Assembly: GCA_013239625.1 (NCBI GenBank)
Contig: MU053271.1
Span: 26,112 to 90,111, forward strand
Direction of reading: 5' to 3'
Length of the DNA: 64,000 nucleotides
From: Lama guanicoe
Taxonomy: Eukaryota
The notes beneath the pieces are model-generated. The model saw nothing but the letters and a program-made list of their open reading frames with translations. It was not told the origin of the DNA and made no database searches. The translations under genes were made by a program, and so were the position numbers. This document shows, piece by piece, positions 53,130 through 64,000 of this stretch (position 1 is the first letter of the stretch; each line of letters opens with the position of its first letter).

Positions 53130-54370
53130 ACCATCTTTAGAAATAATCCATTCTCAAATTAATTCTAAAAACTGGCTAGGCATTTAGAAAGATAGCAAGT
53201 TGGATACCTCCCTCTGTGTTCATTCCAAAATAAATTTTGGATATATCAAATATCTTAAGCATAGAAATGAAACCATAATAGTACTAGGGAAAAAATACAG
53301 GATAACTTAGAATGTCAGAAAGGGAAAAGTCTTTTTGTGTTACTTTCTGGACAAGATCCAGGAGCTGTTGAAAAAAACAAAAGATTGAGAGATTTAACTA
53401 CATTAAAAATGTTTAACTCTCTGCACAGCCAACAGAAAAAAAAGGAAGGCAGCAAACTCTGGAAATAATATAAGCAACATAAAATAGAGAACTAATTTTT
53501 CCATTACTTAAAGAGGCCCTCACAAATCAATAAAGGGAAAAAATAGAAAATTAGGCTTGAAAAAAAATTAATGGAGAGTTCCCAGAAAAATATAAATGGC
53601 TTTTAAACACATGAAAGAGTGATCAACCTCTCACAGATACAAATTAAAACCATAATTTTAAACCTCTTTGTATCTATCAGATGGGCAAAGATCAAAGTGT
53701 TTAATAGCATGCCGGCGGTAAGAGTAGGAGGAAACAAAGACCGTGTTCTTGGGAACACGTGCGCTGGTGCTCGCCCGCGGGAGGCATTTTGGTAGCATGC
53801 ATTCAAATTTTAAATTTTGAACTGTTTGTTATTTTTTTTATCACGTGTACGCATTCACTTTTCAAAATGAAGCGCTTACAATTTTTTAATAAAAAATGCC
53901 CAATTGTGCTTAAGGAAATTTACCTTATGGAAACAACCAGAGACAGGTGCTAAAATTTATGCTCCAAAATATTTATTATAATATTATGTAGAATAATGAA
54001 AAATTAAAAACAACTTCTATGTCCAATAACAGAAGGTGGGTTTAAATGAATTACGGTATATCATACAGTAGACTATTTTATAGCCATTAAAAATCATATT
54101 CATAAAGTATGATTTAGGTCATAAGGAAATGATCATGATACATCATTAAGCGAAAAAACTTAGGTATAAAATTAGGTACAAAATGGTGTGATCCTGATTT
54201 TTTAAAACAGACACAGAGAGAAATGCCTGTGAGATAGGAAGGCTATTTCCCAAATGTTAGCAGCCATGTTCTCGGGGTTGTGGGTTTGCAGGTAATTTGT
54301 AGTCCTTTTTCATACTTTGTATAATTCCACATCTCCTATGAAAAGATATTAATTTTATAATAAAGAGCAT
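53130..54370 (+). mobile_element. Ancient L1 (L1ME-like) 3' region
   Basis: Degenerate aaacacatgaaagagtgatcaacctc, ctatgtccaataacag, tagccattaaaaat. Confidence 0.6.
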
Positions 54371-54453
54371 TAAATTTTATGTGAAAAAAGAGAAAATTCC
54401 ACTGGCTTACTAATGTGTAAATGAAAAATAAATTCCCACTAAGATGAATACCA

Positions 54454-54938
54454 TGGAATACTACTCAGCCATAAAAACCGACAACATAATGCCATTTGCA
54501 GCAACATGGATGCTCCTAGAGAATGTCATTCTAAGTGAAGTAAGCCAGAAAGAGAAAGAAAAATACCATATGAGATCGCTCATATGTGGAATCTAAAAAA
54601 CAAAAACAAACAAACAAACAAAAACAAAGCATAAATACAGGACAGAAATAGACTCATGGACAGAGAATACAGACTTGTGGTTACCGGGGGGGGGCGGGGT
54701 AGAGGGTGGGAAGGGATAGACTGGGATTTCAAAATTGTAGAACAGATAAACAAGATTACACTGTATAGCACAGGGAAATATACACAAAATGTTATGATAA
54801 ATCACAGAGGAAAAAATGTGACAATGAGTGTGTATATGTCCATGTATGACTGAAAAATTGTACTGAACACTGGAATTTGACACAACACTGTAAAATGATT
54901 ATGAATCAATAAAAATGTAAAATACTTAGGAAAAAAAA
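54454..54938 (+). mobile_element. Young 5'-truncated L1 3'UTR with perfect 13-bp TSD
   Basis: TSD aagatgaatacca at 54441-54453 and 54939-54951; AATAAA and A-tail present. Confidence 0.95.
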
Positions 54939-55361
54939 AAGATGAATACCAAGTTCCCTAGACTCTCCATGAAGCTTAGGGTCTGCCTTTATTAAATGAA
55001 AATGCTGGGTTCTAGTGGGGGACTGTTTGGGCGCCAGCCTCACCTTGGGTAAAAGACTCAGGCATCGCAGAGAGGGCCATGTCTCAGTCCCAGGGGATTC
55101 ACAAGAGGATGGGGAAAGGGGAGGGCAGAGGTGCTGGCCCCATGATATTACCTGGAACTCTTCCCCACATGTTCTGGCTAAAACCACTAAAAACTATTCC
55201 CAGAAGAAAGCTAGAATAGCTCCTCCAAGTCCAACAAATCATCAAAGCCCACCACACCCAGGCAGGCCTCCCTGATAACACCTCCTCTGCTTTCTTAGGA
55301 CAGTGTGGCACCACTCCTCAGGTCCCCCATTATTTACTGTACTATAAAAAGTTTTTACTTT

Positions 55362-55580
55362 ATTAATAACAGCTACCATTTATTTCACAACACACACTAT
55401 GCTAAACACTTTATATTCATTAGTCTGTTCAACCTTCACAACAACCCTAGGACGAAGCCTCTATGTAAGTTGTATAGTTGAGCAAACTGATGCCCAGAGG
55501 GATCCAGTTACTCACTCAGAATCTTACAGACAGTAATGGCGGCACCAGGACTCAACTTAGTTCAGTTATTTCAAAGACCA
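55362..55580 (-). mobile_element. MIR SINE relic
   Basis: aataacagctaccatttatt...tgctaaacacttta...cttcacaacaaccct...aaactgatgcccagag. Confidence 0.7.
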
Positions 55581-55994
55581 TCATTTCAACCATGATGAAA
55601 TGCTGAACTCTTTAATGATGTGCTTCTCAGAATCAGAGACTTTTGCTTCTGGGCAGACCCTGCCAACTATTCATATCTCCTCCTGACCACAGCCACTGAA
55701 TACTGCCTTGGGAAACTCTCAGCCCACATCACATGCATTTCTCAGACTGTCATTCAAGGTGTCCCAAGCTTCCTGGCCCCATGACCTCAGCTAAGCCAAT
55801 CATGTTCATTCACTGGAGTCTCCAAAGGGTGATGTAGAGAGGCGCCCTGATTCTTGTAACTGGACTCTCCATCCTCAGAGCTGAACCTACTGACCTCATA
55901 TGCTCCATAAAATTCCTGGTTTTGCTTGAGTTAGCCAGAGTTTGCTCAATTTAGTTTGCAACCTAACCCTACCTGAAAGGAAAAGTTCAAGAGT

Positions 55995-56995
55995 AAAAGA
56001 CAAAAACTATCAACAAAATAAAAATTTAGCAAACCAAATTCAGCAGCATGTGACCAAGTGGCATTTATCCAGGAGTGCAAGTTTGGGTTAACACAGAAAC
56101 ATCAATCAATGCAATACACCATATTAATAGAATAATGGATAAAAACCATGATCATCTCAACAGAGGCAGAAAAAGCATTGGGAAAAATCCAATACCCTTT
56201 TATTAACAAACCAGAAATATTAATAAACTGGAAAACCCACAGCTAGCATCATACTTAACGGTGAAAAACAAAACGCTTTTCTCCTAAGGTCAGAAACACA
56301 ACAAGGATGTCTGCTCTTGCCACTTCTATTCAACATTGCACTACAGTCTCTACTCAGGGCAATTAAACAAGAAAAAGAAATAAAACACAAACAGAAATAA
56401 AGGAAGATTTTCCAGATTGTAAAACAGGAAGTAAAATTTTCTGTATTCACAGATGACATGATCTTATATATAGAAAACCCTAAAGAGTCTACAAAAAATT
56501 TTAAAAAATATAATGAGCTCAGCAATTCTGCAGTATATAAGGTCAATGTACTAAAATCCATTGTATTTCACACACTTGCAATAAACAATCCAAAAATAAA
56601 ATTAAGAAAACATTCCATATCAAAAAGTATAAAATACCTGAGAATAAATTTAACAACAATGCAAGACTCATATACTTAAAACTACAAAAATATGATTGGA
56701 CACAGTTAAAGAGGGCCTGAATAAATGGAAAGATGTCTGATGTTCATGAACATACTATTGTTAATAAGGCAGGATTCCTCAAATTGATCTGTAGTATCCC
56801 TACCAAAAATTTCAGATGACTTTTTTGCAGAAATTGACAAGGTGAGCCTAAAAATATATATGGAAATGCCAAGAGAGACAAAAACAATAGACAAAATAGA
56901 CTAAACCATCTTGAAAAAGAACGATCACACTTCCCAATTTCAAAACGCACTATACAGCTACAGTAATCTACAGTTACTGACATAAAGACATAAAA
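55995..56995 (+). mobile_element. Old L1 ORF2 RT-region fragment abutting GC-rich module copy 2
   Basis: [15 protein letters not shown], aaaaccatgatcatctcaacagaggcagaaaaagc; ends abruptly at actgacataaagacataaaaa. Confidence 0.85.
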
Positions 56996-59020
56996 ACCTG
57001 CGGCCCGGGCCGGCTGGGTCCCCAACCCCAACATCCCCACCCCGCCACCGACCAGGTCCCAGCACCCAACTAATACCACCAGCGGCACGGGCCAGGCCAC
57101 AGCCCCCAGCCCCACTTCCTCAGCTCACCTCCGCCCCATCCCCCGTCACAGTCTCCCCACCCACAGCCAGGCCTGGTCCCCAACTGGACCCCCAAGACCG
57201 CTCTGCTTTTCCTCACACGGAAGGTTCCGCCCCCACACTCTGCCCCTTGAGTCCTAAGCTACAGTCCCTACAAACCAAGCTGACCCCTTATGCCTCACTC
57301 CAGGTCCCCCCACCATCCAGAGATGATCCCCTATTCCCGGGATTACCCCCTACCCCTCATCCAGATCTCCCCAACTAAGAGCGCCCCTCACCCAGGGACG
57401 GCCACGTCACTCCTCAGCTGGGTCACTCCCACTTCCCAGAGGCCTCTCACCCCGCAGCCTGTCCCCCGTCACCACAGGATTCCCCCCTCACTGCCATTGC
57501 ACCCCTACCGGGGCTGACCCCCTCACCCTGCCAGGGGCAGGATGGTCTGGGCCTGGTCACCATGGCGACAGCCGCCAGATGGGGATCTTGTGCAGTGCGC
57601 GGGCACACAGCCCCGTGTCCTGTGTCTAAGGCTCCTCAGAGCAGTGCACGGGAGGGTGGGGTGGGTAATAGAGGCACTAAGAATTGCCACCATGACGCCC
57701 TGCCTACCCAGGGCCTTATTTGAGCCAGCAGGTCAGGGTGGTCCTGGGCTGCACACTGCTCAACAGTGGGCCCTGGGTGGCTGATGGCCCGGATGGTGAA
57801 CCGGACACCAAAGGCGGAGGCCCTGCGCACACGGACCTGCGAGGGGGAGGGTACGGCGATTCTGGGGATGGACAGCAGGCAGCGGCAGCAGTGGGGGCTA
57901 GGGGCGGCCCTGCTAAAGACAATCAAGTTGCTCCCATCACCCCCAAGGCCTGGCCTGGGGGAGGCCTCTTCTGCTCCAGCTTCATGGACCGCACTTCCCC
58001 CTGTCAGCCTCCTCCCGGGAGGCGGGCAGGGTGTGGTCAGTGGAGGCTGCAGTGGCGATGGTGAACTGGGGCTGCCCCTTGAGAGCACGGGGATTTGATC
58101 GCATTTCCCCGTCACTGTCACCACCCCGGCACACTGACTGCACCATGCCCTCCTCCCAGGAGCAGACTGACCCGTAACCTGTGACCTGCGGATGTGGGGC
58201 AGCAAAGGCCGCCCCCAGGACAGGACGCGGGGGAGATGGGAGCAAATCGACAGGCTCCCAGGGGCAGACCCCTCTCCCCGCTGCCGTCGCTGCCGCCGCC
58301 CCCGCACCCCGACAGCACCACGTCGCCTCCCAGAAGCAGGCTGGCCGCGAGTCGTGCACCCCGCGAACATAGGGGAGCAGCGGCCACCCCAGTCCAGGCA
58401 GCGGGGGAATAGGGAACAAACCCAGGGGCTCACACAGGGAAGCAACCATCCCCCCGCGGCGGCCCCGTGAGCGCACCGCACCCACCTGCTGGGAGCAGGC
58501 CATGACCCGAGGGCTGGTCAGAGGTGTTCCGGGGCCGTCCAGCATCCTCCCACATCCCGGGGCTGCACCCGCTTTTCCAAACATGGGTATAAGCGGCAAC
58601 GAAGACGCGGGGCTCAAGGACTACTAATGTGGGGGCTGGGGGGGTGGGGCACCACGAGCCAGGGCGGCGGCCCGAACCCGCCTCAGGGTCCTAAGGGGCC
58701 GCGCGGCACGGGCCTCACCTCTGCAGCCCTCCCTGTGCGCCTCCCCAAGGGTACAGCCCACGCCTCACCCGCCGGCTCCCCGACCTGCGCGCCCACAGGA
58801 GCGCCCCCTTACCTGCCCGGCAACGGCACTCGGCGGCCCAGACCCCAGACCGCGTTCCTCCTCCAGGAGCTGGTCCAGGAGCACTCGGCTTCGGAGGCGC
58901 GACCGTCCAACACGCTCTGGGCAATTCCCGCGTCTGCGCATCTGTGCGTCCTCGCGCATGCGCGCCCCTCCCCCCGCCAGCAGCGCGGATGCTTGGCCTT
59001 GGCTCCTGCTGCAAAGGGAA
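56996..59020. repeat. GC-rich dispersed module, copy 2 (block B 56996-57890, extra block C 57890-58478, block A 58478-59020)
   Basis: Same blocks as copy 1 in permuted order; CpG-rich; perfect NRF1-type palindrome gcgcatgcgc at 58954-58963. Confidence 0.92.
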
Positions 59021-62000
59021 GTGGGGACTATAGTAAATGCATTACATTTTATTTTTGTTATATGAAATGGAGTGGAATAATTACAAGCAAAATAACATTT
59101 GTCACATAAATGAATGTGATCAAGGTACTCATTTGTATTAGAAAAACACTAAGAGATTTTTTTTCATATTTCAACATGATGTAGCATTTTACAAAACTTT
59201 GAAAAGAATTTTCTTAAAATGAGAATTGACTATCACATCACTTAAATACTGTTTTTCAATGTGAAATCGAAGGAATTTTTATAAAATGGCTTGTGAGATT
59301 GTATGAAAAGTTACTTTCGAACTTACATTCCAAGTAGCTTTAAAAAGAGTAAGGATGAAATATTTATACTTATTTGGTGAGCTGAGTACATAGAATTTTT
59401 GTATGGCCAATTTCATTTAGACAATTTTTAGTATAATTTTAGGATTTTGATGTAGTTTTCAATGTATCACTTATCATGTACATGGGGTTTTGTTCTTCAT
59501 TGGCTCTTTAGAGAAAAAAGTTAAAGTTTTATTCATTCATGGATTGATCCTAACTTGTTTGTTATGTTATTGTATCACAGATGTTTTCTAGACATAGTGA
59601 TATAGCCTAAAATCTACATCACGTTATTTTTATAAAAATAATGTAAAGTGACAGACTGATTTCACACAATAGAAACAAACTTTAGCATCACAGTTTTAAA
59701 AAGTCTTTGTAAGTATACAGTAAAATCGTACTTTATTTCTTTATAGTCAAACAAAAGATCTCTGAATGAAGATTCAGAGATTTCTTGGTTTTTGTCTAAA
59801 TTTAAATTGCCCTCTACTGTCACAAACATGTACTGCTGACAAAGAGAAAATTTGACAAGTATGAAATCAAAGTCTAGACAGTGAGGAATGGAAGAGAACT
59901 AAGAGAGGTAATGGTGCTCTGCCCTGGGGCAATTCAGTTTGTAATGTTCTAGCAGTAAATAGATGCACCCTCACTCCAAGTTAAACGTTACTTAAAATTA
60001 TTTGTAAGTTTATAAACTGTTGCTTCATTGCTTCTTTTCTTTTTCCTTAGCTTTGGTTTTAAAACTGACATTTCACTTTGGTGTCATTTACATTTTACTA
60101 TAATAATCTGAACGGTGCGTATTACGACTGTCAGGATAAAAGTTAAAACTACCCATATCCTGATATTTTTATTTCACTCTTGAGGAATATTGTTTAGACG
60201 GCTTTTCCCCCATCTTTTTCAATATCAGAACATTTTAATTTTAACTAGGAATTATATGTACTTGAAATGAAAAATATTCATCATTACTCTGAAAGAATAA
60301 AGCTAAGTAATCAGTTGATACAGTGTGGGGGGAAAAAAATCCAGACTTTTAAAAATATCATGCAAACAAGTGGTTGCCTATTTAAGTTCACTCTTAAAGA
60401 AGGTATTTAAACATTAAGAAGACAGTTGTAAGCGTGCTCTGTGTGTTTAAGTGTAAGCTTGGTACAATCTTTCAATTAAAGTCAGTGACCTCCCCCCACA
60501 ATTTTTGCCATAAGAAATTCAGGCTAGTCAATAATGCTAAGTTGTATTTTGCAATGTCCTACAAAGTTGTGAAACTTGAGGTTAGTGACAGACATAAGTG
60601 AACAATTTTTGAAATGGTTACTGACATGTTTTATTAAAGCACTGGATGGTATATTTTAAAAAGATAACATTTTGATTGAATTTTAACTTTTTGTAATAAA
60701 TCAATAATTCGAAGTGAAATTAAAGAAGCACTGATGTAACTAAGGGATAGGAAAGCTCACAAGTTGTCAAGTGTCCAGCACGTGTAACAGGTCTTGGCTA
60801 ACTAGCTCCATGAAATACTTGGTCTCTATTTCAAGCAAGAACAAACTAGAAATATAAATAATAAGTATAAAAATGAATAGAAATAAATAATTGGGGGAAG
60901 AGTTTACATAAAAATCAAGGTTTTTATAGCTCTTATGTCAGATACATGTAGAGACAGTTTTTGAGTTTAATAAGCCAGTCAGGACTTCAGCTGTCACTGG
61001 CGGGTAGAGAAGCCCAGAGAGCTAGTTTCCAGGAGCGCAGCCCTCAGGCAGCCTCCCTGTTCCCAGTGCTTTTCTTCTCTCTGCCTCTTAAGCTCCTCTG
61101 GTTGATTTCTAACTTTTTCACATCCCAAATGTCCAAGTTGCCTTCTGTGAGGAAGAAGGTCATTCAGACAGCACTTAGTGTTGATGCTTTCCTGACATGA
61201 AGGGTTATAGCTGTCAGGGGGATATGAGCGCTTCCAAACAAGCAAATGGACACATGAATGAGAGAGAGAGGCCAAACTTACCCAAGGTTGGTGGTTCTCC
61301 GGCGGTGGTAGAATTCAGAGGTGATTTGGAGAAAGAGAAGCTTGTTGGATAAAATAACGTTACCTGCCATCAAAGTTAAAGGCTGGCTCTGTTCGAAGCA
61401 AATAGCACACCAGTCTTCTCAACTGTCTGACAAAGCCCGGGGATCTAGTATATCTAAATACTTCCTCTGGCTGTTTTGAGTACTTAAGGGCAAATCTACT
61501 AACCCAAGTATATACTTCAACCTAATTTCTGTGGAATCGCCATTTCTCTTTATCTGTGCTCAGTTATATTCCACTATTTGGAAACAAATTGCATAGGTAA
61601 TATTAATCCTATCCCATAAAGATGTGTCCACATTTAAAAAAAAAAAGTCTAATGCTATGGTATCCTAAATGACCAACTAAACAGTACTTCTCTTTCTGTT
61701 GCTTTTTTAGAATCAACTCTTCTCTTCTGAATTCACTTTAAGATAGTCTAATTTCTAATTAATCTAATCTAATTTATAATAGATCCTTGTTTTCTGGTGT
61801 AAGTACTGTTCATCATTATAAGTCAGTTTAAGAAAAGTTTAAATCAAGGGGTTTGATATCCTCTGGCCAATGATGAGCTCAGGTAGGCCCATGGAATTCT
61901 TTCTTCTAACAAAAGGAATTCTGAGTTAAATGTTACAAGACAGAAAAAAAAAATTGGCTCCCTGAAGAGATTAGTTTTTATTTCCTATTACAGGGAACCT

Positions 62001-62199
62001 GGGAGCCACTCCCATTGTCCTTTTTGGGGCGCCTGGTTGTCCAACTGTCTCCTAGTTTCTGTGGGCTGCCCAATATCCTTCTGATAAATTCTGTTTCTCT
62101 GTAAGCTAGCCAGTCATTTGCTTTTGTTGGCTGCCAAATAAATCTAATTGACACAACGCATGCCCTTCTCAGTGAGCAGCTCACAGACTCACCGGTGTT

Positions 62200-63079
62200 G
62201 TTTAAAAACAAGAGAGGGACAGCTCAATGAAAAATCTCAACAGTAAAAAAATAAATATTCCAATTAGAAAATTGGCAGAAGATTCAGAGAGACATTTCAC
62301 AGAAGAGGATATACAAGTGGCAAATAAGCACATGAAAAGATGTTCAATATCATTAGCCATTTGGAAATCACAAATTGAAACCATGATGGGATATCGCCTA
62401 TAGGAAGAATAAAATAAAAAGTAGTAGCAACACCAAATGTTGGCAACTGTGCAGAGAAACTGCATGACTCCTACATTGCTGGTGCAAATGAATGTAAAAT
62501 GGTTCAGCCACCCTGGAAAACAGTTTGGCAATTTGTCATTAAAAAACAAACTTACATACATCTCAAAAATTTTCTCCTAGAACAGTCTACCCAAACAATA
62601 GAAATAAAAGCAAGAATAAACAAATGGGACCTAATGAAACTTACAAGCTTCTGCACAGCAAAGGAAACCATAAGCAAAACAAAAAGACAACCTACGGAAT
62701 GGGAGAACATTTTTGCAAATGAAACCGACAAAGGCTTGATCTCCAGAATATATAAGCAGCTCATACGANNNNNNNNNNNNNNNNNNNNNNNCAAAAATGG
62801 GCAGAAGACCTACAAGCAATTCTCCAAGGAAGACATACAAATGATCAATAGGCACATGAAAAAATGTTCAGTATCGCTCATTAACAGAGAAGTCCAAATC
62901 AAAACTTCAATGAGGCATCACCTCCTCACAATGGTTGGAATGCCCTTGGTTCTACAGACACACAACAAAGGCTGAAGAGGCTGTGGAGAAAAGGGAACCC
63001 TCCTCCACTATTGGCAGGAATGTAATTTGGTGCAGCCACTGTGGAAAACAGTAGGGAGATTTCTCAAAACACTAAAACC
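62200..63079 (+). mobile_element. Old L1 ORF2 fragment (62200-62552) followed by a younger L1 ORF2 fragment (62553-63079) fused to module copy 3
   Basis: Younger part reads [41 protein letters not shown] and closely matches 9380-9730; ends gggagatttctcaaaacactaaaacc with no 3'UTR. Confidence 0.88.
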
Positions 63080-64000
63080 AAACTCTCCAAAACCATTTGT
63101 TGACCTCAGGGGCAGACGGACAACCTCCCAAAGACCAGGGCATCTCACGTTTATTCCACCACAGGTCGCCTGTGACCGGGAGGGTCCAGGGTGACATGCA
63201 CTTGCTGGGCAGGACCACCTAAGCAGGAAGGCCATGACCCCAGGGGCAGTCGGAGGCGCCCTCCTACCTCCTGGGGCTGCACCCGCTTTCCAAAACACGC
63301 CTATGTGCAGCAGCAAAGATGCCAGTTTCAGTGAATACTAACGGGGGGGGCATCTTAATCACGGTTGCGGGCCGAAACCCGCGTCAGGGCCCTAACACGC
63401 TGCAAGGCCCGAACCTCACCTACGAACTCCTACCTCTACGCCTCCCCAAAGGAGCACAGGCCTCATCTGACGGCTCCACGACCTCCGCGCACCTTAGATG
63501 CATGGCGAAGGCAGCCAGGTGAAGACACATGGCGGCCGAGACCCGGAGACGCGTTCCTCCTCTAGGAGATGGTCCAGAAGAAACCGGCTCCCGCTCAGCT
63601 TCTAAAGGCTCTGCGCGGGTACCAGAGTACGCGCATCAGTGCGCACACGCGCATACGCGCCCCTCCTCTTCACGCCTGCAGCTAAGACCCTAGGGATGCG
63701 GATCCTGCTGTACCGGACATGCGACTGCGGCACAGTGAGGAAGACAAGGGTTGGCTAGGAACGGGCAGTGGGGGTTGGGCAAACGGCCGGAAGGGACGGC
63801 TGGGACCCAAACCATAACGTCCCCACCAGCACACCAACCAGGCACACACACAACTACCGGAACGGGCCACACGACATCCACAAAACCCAGTTACGCAGCT
63901 CATCTAGGCCACGTCCCAGGTCACTGTTTCCACACCCACAACCAAGCCTCCACCCAAACAAGACCCAGAAAACCTGTCTGCTTTTCCTCACACGAAAGAT
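63080..64000. repeat. GC-rich dispersed module, copy 3 (block A then block B, runs off the window end)
   Basis: cacctaagcaggaaggccatg, ctcctggggctgcacccgcttt, cctcacct, gcgttcctcctc and tctgcttttcctcacacg shared with copies 1 and/or 2. Confidence 0.9.

Noticed and set aside
57636..58617. Long overlapping ORFs (281 and 211 aa) in the GC module, also 35852-37562
   Set aside because: Expected in GC-rich DNA; no recognisable domains; frames not preserved between copies.
58840..58900. Minus-strand peptide RVLLDQLLEEERG resembling the LLxxLL acidic tail of DUX4/DUXC
   Set aside because: Match is only a few residues, no homeobox is visible, and the surrounding frame is not conserved among the three copies.

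Overview
Mammalian genomic DNA, very probably camelid (tRNA-derived SINEs of the Vic-1 type plus young artiodactyl-type L1 3' ends), from a draft assembly with several N gaps. I found no intact protein-coding gene; most ORFs in the track are L1 debris, gaps or GC-rich noise. The window looks like a duplication mosaic: (i) dense nested LINE-1s (0.3-12.6 kb, 26.8-35.8 kb, 53-57 kb, 62-63 kb) with MIR, L2, hAT and LTR relics; (ii) a minus-strand unprocessed pseudogene fragment of six consecutive COL12A1 fibronectin type III exons (15.85-20.5 kb) with stops, frameshifts and broken splice sites; (iii) a CpG island with a candidate minus-strand first exon at 25.9-26.8 kb; (iv) a dispersed GC-rich module (promoter-like block A with an NRF1-type motif and conserved minus-strand splice donors, plus C-rich block B) present three times (35.8-37.4, 57.0-59.0, 63.1-64.0 kb) and always abutting an L1 ORF2 fragment. 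Two copies share the same L1 breakpoint although their L1 parts look like different L1 lineages, one copy has the blocks in permuted order around a ~190-bp-arm inverted repeat, and the L1 piece next to copy 1 recurs almost identically on its own at 42.1 kb. The best candidate for an undescribed system is this L1-anchored, promoter-carrying composite repeat. All alignments were done by eye and family names are from recall, not database searches.
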